Both the position numbers and the translations under genes were made by a program. Positions 51,193 through 62,900 of a stretch of 64,000 nt of DNA are shown piece by piece. The notes beneath the pieces are model-generated. The model was not told the origin of the DNA, searched no databases, and worked only from the letters and a program-made list of their open reading frames with translations. Every line of letters begins with the position of its first letter. Position 1 is the stretch's first letter. The stretch lies in the NCBI GenBank assembly GCA_964106915.2, contig OZ066923.1, one strand, 5' to 3'. The DNA comes from Podarcis gaigeae. Taxonomy: Eukaryota.

Positions 51193-51427
51193 ACCTCGGG
51201 TTATGCTTTTGGTTACAGACTCCATAACCCAGAAATAGTACCTCAGGTTAAGAACTTTGCTTCAGGATGAGAACAGAAATCAAGCAGCGGCAGCGGGAGG
51301 CCCCTTTAGCTAAAGTGGTGTCTCAGGTTAAGAACAGTTTCAAGTTAAGAACGGACCTCTAGAACGAATTAAGTTCTTAACCCGAGGTACCACTGTATTG
51401 GGGTGGGACAGGGTTTGCAGGTAAGCC

Positions 51428-51472
51428 TTTGCCTGGACTTAACCTTCCAGGGGTCCTTTACCTTTACCTTAC
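51428..51472 (+). mobile_element. Very short Sauria SINE 3' fragment
   Basis: CTGGACTTAA...CAGGGGTCCTTTACCTTTACC tail. Confidence 0.6.
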
Positions 51473-51555
51473 CCCACATGACAGGGCACATACGTTCACC
51501 ATTTGAATGGTGATGCCCATTAACTTGGGGGAGGGATGCGTGGGCATAGCCAGGA

Positions 51556-51955
51556 TTTATTTTATTTATTTTATTGAATTTATATAGTGCCCTATATCCA
51601 GAGGTCTCAGGGTGGTTCACAGAAAAGATCACATTATATACACTTAAAACAAGTACAAGAACACACACAAAAAGAGCCACATTTTAAAAGGGTATAGGAT
51701 GTCAATGAGGTCAACCAAAGGCTTGGTTAAAAATGAACATTTTTGCCTGGCACCTAAAAGTGTATAATGAAGGCGCCAGATGGACTTCCCTGAGGAGAGC
51801 ATTCCACAGATGGGGAGCCACTGAGAGAAGGCCAGTTCTTGTGTTGCCACCCTCCGCACCTCTTGAGGAGGAGACACATGAAGGAGGAGACACAGAAGAT
51901 GATCTCAGGGTCTGGGTAGGTTCACATGGGAAGAGGCAGTCATTGAGGTATTATG
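51556..51955 (-). mobile_element. L2 3' fragment
   Basis: VAPHLWNALLREVHLAPSLYTFRCQAKMFIFNQAFG* (ORF track 51711-51893) plus UTR and AT-rich tail. Confidence 0.85.
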
Positions 51956-52724
51956 GAGGTATACGTTGAGGTATTGTTAGGGAGCAGAACCAAATTATCT
52001 GCAATGTGATTGGTCAGTTAAGTATTTTTTTTTATTTACTTGATTGGGGGTGGCAGCTGCCTCCCCTGCCCATGGAGGTCCAGCACTCAAATATTTTATG
52101 GGGGGCTACCTTGGCCCCTAGGAGTTGGCTCCTCTGCCTCCAAGTTGCATTAGACGCAAATGCCTCATTGAATGAATGGGAGTGCCCGCCACCACCAGTA
52201 CAAATTGTAGCAGCTCAGCAGCACCAACCGGTGATGTCCTCTTCTTTCCTCCCTGGAAAACCCCCTTTTTCTGGACACCCAAGTCAGAGAGAGTTGGTTC
52301 CATGGTGCTCCCTATGGAGAGATCTACGACAGCCACTTTGGCCTCCTTGCTCACTGGCACGGGAAGAGCATCCCACCTCATTCCCTACTACTCCAGCACA
52401 ACAAATCTGTGTAAACACCCTGCAAGCAAAGCAGGATGAGTGCAGTCATATAACAACCCCATAAACTAATCAGAACAAAAGATCAATAAAGACCAGCAAA
52501 TCAGGATGAATGCTAAATAAACAGGTGGTCTGGAGGAGCCCTCAGAGCAGTTCTCCCTGTTTTTTGCCTTTATTTTAAACCTATGTGAACTGGAATGTAC
52601 CTTCCGTTTGAAAATAGTTCTCCTCTGCTTTCCACTCACAGTGACACAGTCCCAAGGACACCTGTTAATAGCTGGAAATGCACATTACATATTATTATTA
52701 TTATTACCGTTGTTTCTGTTGTTG

Positions 52725-52987
52725 ATGATGATTTATTTATACCCCACCATTTTCCCTTACATGACTCAAAGCAGCTTACAGATAAAAACAAAAATCGCTT
52801 AAATAAATAAATAAATAAATAAACCATTCAATAAACAATGAAACATTAATAGAATTGAAACTATATACATATATAAAATCAGTTTGAAACATTACACATA
52901 ATTACAATCAGCACAGTTCCAGACCTTTCATTTAAAGCAGTCAATTCCCCCAAGCCTGTTGGAAGAAGATCTTTACCTGCTGGCAGA
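52725..52987 (-). mobile_element. Degraded L2-like 3' end with (AAAT)n
   Basis: ATTTATTTATACCCCACC...CTCAAAGCAGCTTACA motif and CCAAGCCTGTTGGAAGAAG. Confidence 0.5.
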
Positions 52988-53750
52988 ACTACAGCTCCCA
53001 GCAACCTTGAAAACTGCAGTTATTCTTTGGTGGGGTGCTATAAGCATATGGTGTGTACACAGCCAGAGACTCAGGCTGCAACCCTAGGCATGCTTTCCTG
53101 GGAGTAAGCCCCACTGAACAGGACAGAATGTGCTTCTGAGTGAATGTGTGTAGGATTGTGCTGCCAATGACATGGATCCTAAGTTTGTTTACTCAGAAGG
53201 AATTCTCCCTGAATTCAATGGGACTTTTGAAGAAGCATGCGCATGATGAAAACCTTCTTGCATTCTGGAGCTTACATTTCTGAAAGGTAAACCATACTTG
53301 CGAGAATCCACCTAGTAAGACCTATCGATTTTTCTTATGGTCTAAAAGAGAGAATTATTTGATGCAGACCTTCAAGCAAGATGGTATTGCAGGTATATCA
53401 GTTTGGTGCTGGCACCTGACAACTCCGGGATTTGTTTCATACCTGCTATTCCATGTGGCTGATCAGGGTATTAATAGGTCAGCACAGGTAGCCCAGTCTA
53501 AATAGGACTGGCCAGGCAACGTGCAAAACTACAGATCTTTGTGATCCTTTTTCTGCTGCTACTTTCTGCACTTGCTCAATGCTAAACAAAACCGAGCTGT
53601 TTGGATGTAGCACCTGCGCTGATTTAACCCAGTTTGCTTATATAATGATCAGTTAGATACATAGTGATTATTTGAACCTTGTTTTAAGCACTCTTTTATT
53701 TACCATTTCTTATTTTGTTATAATCTATGTTGATACAATAAAAATACATA

Positions 53751-53888
53751 ATCCTAGAACTGTAGAGTTGGAAGGGACCACAAGGGTAATCTAGTTTAAC
53801 CGCCTGCAATGCAAGAATCTTTCGCCCAGCGTAGGGCTTGAACCCACAACCTTGAGATTAAGAGTCTCATGCTCTACTGACTGAGCAA
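53751..53888 (-). mobile_element. tRNA-Lys(CTT)-derived SINE with CR1 tail (type described from Podarcis)
   Basis: Minus strand GCTCAGTCAGTAGAGCATGAGACTCTTAATCTCAAGGTTGTGGGTTCAAGCCCTACGCTGGGCG is tRNA-Lys-like and runs directly into the CR1 3' end. Confidence 0.88.
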
Positions 53889-54129
53889 TGGTCTGTTTCA
53901 TAACTACATTTAGCCTTCTCTCTTTCTGTATGAGCAACTAGTGTTCTTGCACAGATTTAATGTGCACATGTCAACCTAACCATGTGAGTTATGTTTGGTC
54001 ATTGGATTTCCATTATTCTACTGGGATCTGTTTAGAATCAGACCCAATCTGGCCTTTTCCTAGATGCCTGCTGTGCCCTACAGATAGTTATCACCTATAC
54101 TCTGTCCCACAGTTAAACTTAATAACCAA

Positions 54130-54440
54130 TATATCTGAGAGAGCATCTCCACCCCCATTTTTAGCTCCGAGGGCTTTCTGGCGATTCCCTCACTGCGAGG
54201 CTACAGGGAACCAGGCAGAAGGCCTTCTCGGTTTTGGCACCCTCCCTATGGAACACCCTCCCTTCAGATGTCAAGGAAATAAACAACTATCTGACTTTTA
54301 GAAGACAACAGTCCTGTTTAGGGAAGTTTTTAATGTTTGATGTTTTATTTTATTTTTAATATTCTGTTGGAAGCTGCCCAGAGTGGCTGGGGAAACCCAG
54401 CCAGATGGGTGGGGTATAAATAATAAATTATTATTATTAC
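54130..54440 (+). mobile_element. L2 3' fragment with internal deletions
   Basis: Homologous to 7190-7500; (TAT)n tail. Confidence 0.85.
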
Positions 54441-55817
54441 TAAATAAGGTTGGGCAACAGGAAATGTTAAAAGCTCCATCATGGTAGGCGTTCAGGAATC
54501 ACACTTTCCATGATTTCCAGGGTCTTTTCACACTTCTGTGCATTATTGCAGCAACATTCAGATATACATGGGAAATATTTACTGTGATTCACTTTGCCTC
54601 TGGATCCCACTCACATGTTTGGGGCGACATCTAGGATCTAAAGGAGGGCTTGTATCTATTGTGCCTGCTATCAGATCTGCCGACGGTCCATGCATTCCGA
54701 TCTTCCTCACAAAAAGGGGATGTGCAAAAGTCGTGTTGAGAATTGAAACTGCCTTTGTCGGTGTACAAGCCCCCTGCAATGTGTCACTGTAAGCAGATGC
54801 TTGGAGTCACCTGATGGTAAGGTTATCCTTGGTGCTCATTATTTCGCGGCTCGAATCAATCGGCTAGATCCCTATGTTGTGTCGGTGCCATCCCACTGAT
54901 GCCATTGGGTAGCAATTGTAACTAAGAATGGAAGTTGGCACAGTTTTTCCACAGAGCTGTTGCTTATGTCCCAAAGTCATACACCGCAGATGGCATGACA
55001 AGCATTGGCAGCTGTTTTCCATGGAACAGCTAGCCGTGCACAGTGTATCTCTCTGCAGAAAACGAATGACAAGAACAGAACCACAGATAGTTCCTGGAAA
55101 ACGGAAAACATGGATACTTGATCTAGACAGAAGCAGTCAAGGTTAAGTGCCATGCTGCATCCTTTAACCCAAAGAGGGCAGAGTAATGGAAAACATAAAG
55201 CGGAGCTGTGTTTTGTTTTTAATTGTGGTGTTTTGGAAAGAATTCCTTGCTAGTTCCTCTTTTTTAGATCTGTAACCAATTTCAAGCAGCACCACTGCAT
55301 AGTTCAGCCTGTGGAGAGGACAAGTGTGTCACAGAAATACATTGCCCTTTCCAATGTGATGGTGTTAATTTATGAAAGCTTCACAGCTCTGAAACTCCAG
55401 CATCAACATCTCCAACCGTATTTTGCCCACTTACGTTAATGCTGATAGAAGCAATCAGTTTTTAATAGGAACATTGTGTCATTCTACTATCATGGCATAT
55501 CATATACCTGTCAACTGCCCTAAAAAATCCAGGACACCCTGTTTTCTCCCCATGAGAGCATGATTGTCATTTTGGGCTCCTTGCTCTTACATTAATTTGG
55601 TCCAGGATCTTACCCCGAAATGCTTTTTCGGGTCCTTGATCTCGCATGGCACCCCAAAATGCACATTTTTGGGCACTGTGCCCAAACAAGTGGTTTTTCT
55701 GGGTCTGCAATCTTGCACAGGTCATCTGACTCACAAGGGATTTGGGGCCAGGAAGGGGGTGTCCCAGCTTTAGGCTGCATCATGTTGGAGGGTATGATCT
55801 CATTGTTTCAGAAGTGC

Positions 55818-55884
55818 CCTTGCATTGCAGTGGGTTGAACTAGATCCCTTTGGATCCCTTCCTTCTCTACAGTTCTAAGATTCT
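55818..55884 (+). mobile_element. CR1-type tail fragment
   Basis: TGCATTGCAGTGGGTTGAACTAGAT...CCCTTCC...TCTACAGTTCTAAGATTCT. Confidence 0.65.
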
Positions 55885-55886
55885 GC

Positions 55887-56507
55887 AGTAGTAGTAGTAG
55901 TAGTAGTAGTAATATATTATTTATACCCCACCCATCTGGTTGGATTTCCCCAGCCACTCCGGGCGGCTTCCAGCCGAATATTAAAAACAATACAGCGTCA
56001 GACATTAAAAACTTCCCTAAACAGGGCCGCCTTCAGTTGTCTTTTAAAAGTAAAATAGTTGTTTATTGCCTTGACATCTGCTGGGAGGGCATTCCACAGG
56101 GCAGGCGTCACTACCAAGAAGGCCCTCTGCCTGGTTCCCTGTAACCTTACTTCTTGCAGCAAGGGAACCATCAGAAGGCCCTCAGTGCTGGACCTCAGCG
56201 TCCGGGCAGAATGATGAGGGTGGAGACACTCCTTCAGGTTTACTGGGCTGAGGCCATCTAGGGCTTTAAAGGTCAGCACCAACACTTTGAATTGTGCTCG
56301 GAAACGTACTGGGAGCCAATGAAGATCTTTCAGGACCTGTGTTATATGGTCTCGGGGGCTGTTCCCAGCCACCAGTCTAGCTGCCACATTCTGGATTAAT
56401 TGCAGTTTCTGAGTCACCTTCAAAGGTAGCCCCATGTAGAGCACATTGCAGCAGTCCAAGCGGGAGATAACTAGAGCATGCACCACTCTGGCAAGACAGT
56501 CTGCCAC
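55887..56507 (-). mobile_element. L2-clade LINE 3' fragment with an open ORF2 C-terminus and microsatellite tail
   Basis: ORF 55998-56516: VHALVISRLDCCN...LQLIQNVAARL...HITQVLKDLHWLPVRFR...RAFLVVTPALWNALP. Confidence 0.92.
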
Positions 56508-56831
56508 AGTGTTCAATCCTTAGTATTTGTAACAGCCATGGGGCAGCTAAGCAGAGAGCACTAAACTGCAGTTTTAAAAAAGGAAAGCCTTTCTCTGGCT
56601 CAGTTTCTTTGAATGCACAGGGAACTTCCAGTATGTCAGCATACAGGAAATTGCAGTGCCCAGAGCTGAGCACTGCCCTTCATGCTGATGTGAATCTCAG
56701 TGGAATGCGGCTACACAAGTGTCATCATGCATGCCTCCTAGATATATTCTTTTGTAATGATAGGCATCAGATTGGTTGTGCTGTGACATACGGTATTTAC
56801 ATATAAATTGAAGTCAAGTATGAAGTGTATA

Positions 56832-57175
56832 GGGATGCGGGTGGTGCTGTGGGTTAAACCACAGAGCCTAGGACTTGCCAATCAGAAGGTCGGCAGTTCG
56901 AATCCCCGCAACAGGGTGAGCTCCCGTTGCTCGGTCCCTGCTCCTGCCAACCTAGCAGTTCAAAAGCACGTCAAAGTGCAGGTAGAGAAATAGGTACCAC
57001 TCTGGCAGAAAGGTAAACGGCGTTTCTGTGCGCTGCTCTGGTTCGCCAGAAGCGGCTTAGTCATGCTGGCCACATGACCCAGAAGCTGTACGCCGGCTCC
57101 CTCGGCCAGTAAAGCGAGATGAGTGCCGCAACCCCAGAGTCGGTCACGACTGGAACTAATGGTCAGGGGTCCCTT
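56832..57175 (+). mobile_element. Sauria SINE, full length
   Basis: 12-bp TSD TATGAAGTGTAT at 56819-56830 and 57176-57187. Confidence 0.93.
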
Positions 57176-57431
57176 TATGAAGTGTATCATAAACTTTTGC
57201 TCATGCACAATGCCAAGGCAAGTGAAGAGGCTGCTTCTGACCCTGGATGCTGGAAAGTAGGGAGGCTTTTGAAATCCTTGCTCCCTGAAATTTGGCTGGT
57301 GTCCAATGTAATGGCATTCAGTCACCAGCTCAAAACATGGATCTTTATCCAGGCTATTGAGAATGGTTGCTGGTGGTTAGTAATTGCTGAAATTTTGCTT
57401 TTTTTGTGTTTCCCCCCTGATTTTATAAACA

Positions 57432-57670
57432 CAGCTGTACCTTGGTTGATGAACGCCTTAGCAGTCAAATGTTTTGGCTCCCGAATGCCGCAAACCCAGA
57501 AGTGAGTGTTCCGGTTTGCAAATGTTCTTTTGGAAGCCAAACTTCCAGTGGGGCTTCCGTGGCTTCCGATTGGAAGCTCCTGCAGCCAATCGGAAGCCAT
57601 GCTTTGGAAGTCAAAAGTTTTGGAAGTTGAATGGACTTCCAGAAGCCGTTCAGCTTCCAAGGTATGGCTG
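57432..57670. mobile_element. Tc1/mariner MITE, family B
   Basis: CAGCTGTACCTTGG...CCAAGGTATGGCTG ends; inverted homologue of 63507-63757. Confidence 0.82.
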
Positions 57671-57753
57671 TACAACTATTTTATAAATTACATTTTGCTG
57701 TTACCTGCACTGAGTAAGATCCCAAGAGGAAGGATGGGACACACACACACACA

Positions 57754-58193
57754 CAGGTGTACTCCCAACTCATGCAGGAGTTACATTCCAGGGCCCCCCA
57801 CACACACATAAGTGAAGTCACGTAAAGTGGGGGGGCACCCTCAAAATATCCTTTAAATGCCCTCTCTGCTGCTCTCTCCAATCCACACCAAAAATACTGT
57901 ATCCAAAAATTTCCACAACTAGACTTGAAGCTCTGGGGCCAGCAGGAGGCTGGAGGACGCATGGGAAAGCGGCTGTGCTACCCCACATGCCAGCTGTTAG
58001 GTGGGGAGGCAGAGCAGCCTAAACAAAGCCCCGCTCTGCCTCTGCTCTCTTCAGGGCTTCAGGGTCTCCTCACGAGCCACAAGGACTCTCCAGCTCTCTC
58101 CCACCATTGAATTGAATTGAATTCTTATTTCCTGGCATCGTGCATATACACAGTCATGCGTGAGTCCATTGTGCATAAGTGGAGAGACACCTG
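57754..58193. mobile_element. Tigger-like non-autonomous DNA transposon
   Basis: CAGGTGTACTCCCAACTCATGCA versus the reverse complement of the right end, CAGGTGTCTCTCCACTTATGCA. Confidence 0.6.
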
Positions 58194-58586
58194 TCTCTCT
58201 CTGTGTGTGTGTGTGTATGTGTATGATTTAAATAAATTATAAATCAATAAGCATTAACATCCCAAAATTTTAAGCCATTTTAAAAAGCAGCAAACAATAA
58301 TTATTAATTATAACATCCATGGGATTACCTAAATGCAGAGCCCTCATCATCAACAAATGCAAGGTGGGAGGAACATAGTCCTCATGAAATTTATCGGCAA
58401 CTTTTTAAAAACATTGATTAATATCACTGGATATCCTTCCATAAAATCTCAGGTGTGCTTTCTACCTTCCTAGGTTTCTGCAGCATATTTATTGATATAG
58501 GCTAGGGGAGAAGTATCTTTTTTCAGTCTGAGGGCTCTTTTTTATGGGAAACCTTCCAGCGGTCCCATGTAGTGGTAGAAAGGGCA

Positions 58587-58745
58587 NNNNNNNNNNNNNN
58601 NNNNNNNNNNNNNNNNNNNNNNNNNNNNNNNNNNNNNNNNNNNNNNNNNNNNNNNNNNNNNNNNNNNNNNNNNNNNNNNNNNNNNNNNNNNNNNNNNNNN
58701 NNNNNNNNNNNNNNNNNNNNNNNNNNNNNNNNNNNNNNNNNNNNN
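58587..58745. other. Assembly gap (159 N)
   Basis: Run of N abutting the tail end of an L2 copy. Confidence 0.99.
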
Positions 58746-58910
58746 TGGCTTGGTTTCCCCAGTCACTCTGAGTGGCTTCCAGCAGAATATTAAAATATAA
58801 TGATTCATCCAGTATTATAAGCTTCCCTAAACAGGGCTGCCTTCAGATGTCTTCTAAAAGTCCAATAGTTGTTTATTTCTTTGACATCTGATGGGAGGGC
58901 GTTCCACAGG
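58746..58910 (-). mobile_element. L2 3' fragment
   Basis: Homologous to 55935-56100. Confidence 0.85.
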
Positions 58911-59934
58911 TGGAGCAAGGAATTTGACTCATCTTTGTTCAATACGCTACATTCCAACCACTCAAAACTAAGAGGTTTCTAAGCCCCTCTTCCCAGTCTT
59001 CCCACCCAGGAAAACAGAGGCAACATGACAGTTCAAGGACACATTCCAGTGATGCAAAAGTATTTAAGAACATGAAGCAGGACTGGTGAAGATGTGTGGC
59101 CTGGGGAGACTCACAAAACCATATTAGACATGCCTGGCAAGCTACATCTGACCTCTGGGTCTGATGTTCCCCACTCCTGATGTGCGTAGTTCCTTTTGCA
59201 TTGCCAGAGAAGTATTCATCTTGGACAAGCCTCACTTTATCTATTTTCAAACTTGTCTCACCCAAATCACCCGTTCCCACTCAGTCCAGAGCGTTTGCTG
59301 ATTCGTTACTTTTTACTAGATAGAATGAGGCCTTCACTCTCACTCCTGTCACTTTGACATGGCAGTATGATCATTATTCCCTGATAACAAATACGATTCC
59401 AACAAAATGACCTTGCCTAGGATCATGTTTCTCTCAAATATCATTCAGTTGTGAAATGGGGAGTAAGTGAAAAGATTTGACCCAAATCTTTTGGAGACAC
59501 AGAGTTTAAGGCTCTGATAAGTAGGTGGACCAGATTTTAGAAATGGAGGAAGATGGTTTTGACAAAATCAGTACAGATCACTGTTATTTGGTAAAGTTCT
59601 AAAATTAAACTCCATTCACACATACTAAGAGTAGTATGTGAAAATGAAGCCATGTAGAAGTTTTCCCATCAGCGACCCTTTCCTGGGAAGCGGCTCTCTC
59701 CACTAATCTAGTAATATTTTCCCCCCCCCCCCAGCTGTACCACTGTAAGCTACTGAAAAGCAAGGTACAACACCTACAGTTATTAAGCTATGCTTTGCAA
59801 ACGTGGCAAATTATTTTCAGATTAAGACTCCTCCTTCTCCATCTTGTCCTCCCATGTCAGTTTATTCATACAATTTTCTTTGACTCCAAAAGACTTTGGT
59901 ATGTTTATTACCTTTCATAAATTCCTGACCATGA

Positions 59935-60425
59935 TCTCCCATGATATCCTTGATGTCAACCTGGTAAAATGTGGGCTGGATGGTGCCACTGTTAGGTGGA
60001 TCAGCTTGGAGCAACCACGCCCCAAAGTTCTGTATCAACCTGGAGGCCTTGGGTGAAGTACCACAGGGCTCCATCTTAGGCTCTGTGCTTTATAAATGAC
60101 TTGGACAACAAAGCGGAGAGGGGCTGCTTCTCAAATGTGCAGATGATGTGAAGTTGAGAGGTGTACGTAGCTAGCACCGTAAAAGACAAGATCAAGATTT
60201 ACAATTATCTCAACAGATTAGACCTCTGGACTGAAACCAAGAAGATGAAATTGACTGAGAGAAATAGAAAGTTCTGCATCACAAGTCAAAGGCAAAAATA
60301 CAGGCCAGCCAGATGGGCGGGGGTATAAATAATAAATTATTATTATTATTATTATTACAGGATGAGTGAAGTCTGACTTGCAACACTAGGTGAACCTGAA
60401 CCGGCCATGCAATGCGGCTGCTAAA
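59935..60425 (+). mobile_element. Degraded CR1 ORF2 (reverse transcriptase) fragment with a short L2 tail inserted at ~60303-60357
   Basis: SHDIL...LVKCGLDGATVRWI, VPQGSILG, INDLD and CADDVKL motifs across frameshifts. Confidence 0.8.
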
Positions 60426-62706
60426 ATGGTTAAAGTGACTACTTGGCCTCTCCAGCAATGCAAAAGGAACTCCATATGTCAGGAACGGGGAGCTTCAGAC
60501 CAAGAGGTCAGATGTGGCTCCCCGGGCTTCTATAATATATAATGTAACAGCATTTCACCAGCCCTGCTCCATGACCTCAAATGCTTTTGCATCACTGGAA
60601 TCTGTCCTTGAACTGTCATGCTGCCTTTGTTTTCCTGGATGGAAATATTGAGAGGAGGGGCTTAGAAACCTCTTACTTTTGGGTGGTTGGAGTGTTGCCT
60701 ACTGAAGAAAAATGGGTCACATCTCTTGCTTCACCCACTCGTTGACTCTTGTCACACCACCCACCCACATCTTTTGCATCTTGCCTTGTCTTCCATTGAC
60801 TTAAGGTTTGCCATAATGCAGCCCTTGGGTTGAAAAAAGATTCTCCACCCCTGCATCATCAATAATGATACATTAGAAACCTAGTAAGGCACACTTCAGA
60901 TTTTATGGATGGATGACCATAAAAGTTACTGACAAATTTCTTCCTGCAAGAGGACTATGTTCCCACCACCTTGCCAACGTTGTTCATTTGTATTTGGCAC
61001 AGGTAAGAATATTTGAGCATAAACTATTTTCCGCATCAGGAGGTAAACACATTTTCTTCACCCTGCATGCTAAAACTATAATTTGTTGGCTATAATCTTC
61101 ATCAAATGCTTAGCTAACCACAGATGGTTCTAATTGTTTTGCAGGATATATTGGCTCAAGTCGCCAGACACCAGTGAAATCTATGTTTTCCTGATTGACT
61201 CCAATAGTCAATGTTCTTGGTCTCTGAAAGGAAAGAACTGATTGGATTTTATTTTAAACCCACTTTTTTATTATTAATTTCTTTGAATAAGCAGTTTCTG
61301 CTTAACATGGCAGATTTACAAGGAAGGCATTGTATAGTTAAGCAAAATCAACATGAAATTGTGTAGTGCTGCTGCTGATCAGCGAAATCATATCTAATAA
61401 AATCTGGCATGATTTAAGTAGGCTACTTTAAATGTTACATAGTTTGAGCTCTGGTCATTTGACACCACCACCCTAAAATATACCTTTGGCGACCAGAAAC
61501 AATATTGCAGCCTCTTTTATATGCAAAGTAAACAATCTATTGGGAATACATTTGGGATTCTCACAGCCTCCATACTTCATACAGTCACCCTCCAACTCAC
61601 GGAAGATGACAAGGATGGGGGCAGAGCTAATAGCTCACCCCCATAGCCCTTCCTCTCATGTTACTCGAACCCGTTTCCCAAATGCAACATCCACAGCCCG
61701 TTGTCTTCATACTTGTGGTTTACTTTTCAAAGCAGGGAAAGAGGGATTCAACTTGAGCCTTCACTTTTGACATTGTATTACTTTTGCAGGACTGGTGTTG
61801 TTTTCTGGCTGCAGCAACATCTGTGCTGCTTCCAAGATTTAGAAATGTTGGAAAAGAAAGGTCAGTTTTACTCACCTAGTTGAGCAGTTGGCAATAACTA
61901 GGTTCAAGAATGGAAAGTTGTGAACACAGTTCTGATGGCTTCAGATGTGGTATAGCATAGGGATATAGACAGCACAGTGAGGGGTGTGCATGTTGCCCTC
62001 TTTAGGTGTTCTGGAAATAGGGTGAAAACAACACACAGTCACCCTCTATGAGCTGGAGGGTGGCTGTGTGAAGTGGGGAGCATTCTTACACCTGGTCAGG
62101 CTACTTCTGCCATGCAAGTACAGTGTTTTCAATGTGTGCCTGACTTAGAGAACCCTCATCTGTACATAAGAGAAGAAATGAAACGAAAGGAGTGTTTTTT
62201 TGGCCTACGTTAAACTTTCCGCTTCCTTCAGCAGAGACAAATAGTGGACCGCAGTTTGACTATGAAAGCATTTTCCCCCTTCTGCATAGAAGTGAAGATG
62301 CTGTCTCGCGGCTAAATTAATCACTGTAGAGTTCCCATTCGGCCAGATGTTTCCTGTCCTATTCATCTAGTAAGAGAAGCCTGTTTGTACACACTGCCTG
62401 CTCCTGGTGATTTCTTGCAGGTACGCACACCAAAGGCTTATCAACCATATAGCAGCAGACACTCTGTTACAAATTATTCCCTTCACTTTGGTCTTTTTTG
62501 GATTTAATTGTTTGCATTGCTTTAACTGCTTTTTCACATTCAGACAACAGGAAGGGGGGGGAAACAAGTCCTGAACAAAAGTTAATAAAACATACACAGC
62601 TTTGCATAAGCAGCACTTGTTTGGGTCGTTCCCTGTGCATGACAGGGGTTAACCCCAGATGTTGTTGGGATCCAGTTCCCTTCATCCCTGGATGCTGACT
62701 GCATCT

Positions 62707-62900
62707 AGGGATAGACAAGTCTGTCAATTTCAACTTCTCTCCATTTCTCATCTTTCCAATCTGAAATCCAGTTCTCCGCATTTCTACAGCAATTGGCAGA
62801 TTATTATTATTTTTTAAAAAAATTCACCAGCATTCATTGGTACTTTAGTTCCATTTCCCTCCAGTATGGTTCACTAATAGATACATTTTTCTGCACATCG
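62707..62900. mobile_element. hAT-like element fragment
   Basis: TAGGGATAGACAAGTCTGTCAATTTC; inverted homologue of the right part of 43192-43873. Confidence 0.55.

Larger units (their letters stand above)
50780..51395. mobile_element. Tc1/mariner MITE, family A, interrupted by BovB
   Basis: TIR CAGTGGTACCTCGGGTT, TA TSD. Confidence 0.9.
50755..52136. mobile_element. hAT-like host element expanded by nested insertions
   Basis: CACTGGTGCTAACTTGAATAAAAT...AGTTGGCTCCTCTG ends; 8-bp flanks CATCCAAG/CCTCCAAG at 50747-50754 and 52137-52144. Confidence 0.75.

Noticed and set aside
12970-53250. Dispersed CTGCAATCCTA...GGGAGTAAG...AGGATTGCA hairpin-like segments (e.g. ~12971, 14768, 16040, 27978, 53074) as miRNA or ncRNA genes
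   Set aside because: Multi-copy and degenerate, consistent with an old palindromic repeat family; boundaries too uncertain to list individually.
53823-53888. tRNA-Lys(CTT) gene
   Set aside because: The 5' acceptor strand is missing, CpGs are decayed and it is fused to a CR1 tail, so it is a SINE head.
55998-56516. 172-aa ORF as a host gene
   Set aside because: It is the L2 ORF2 C-terminus.
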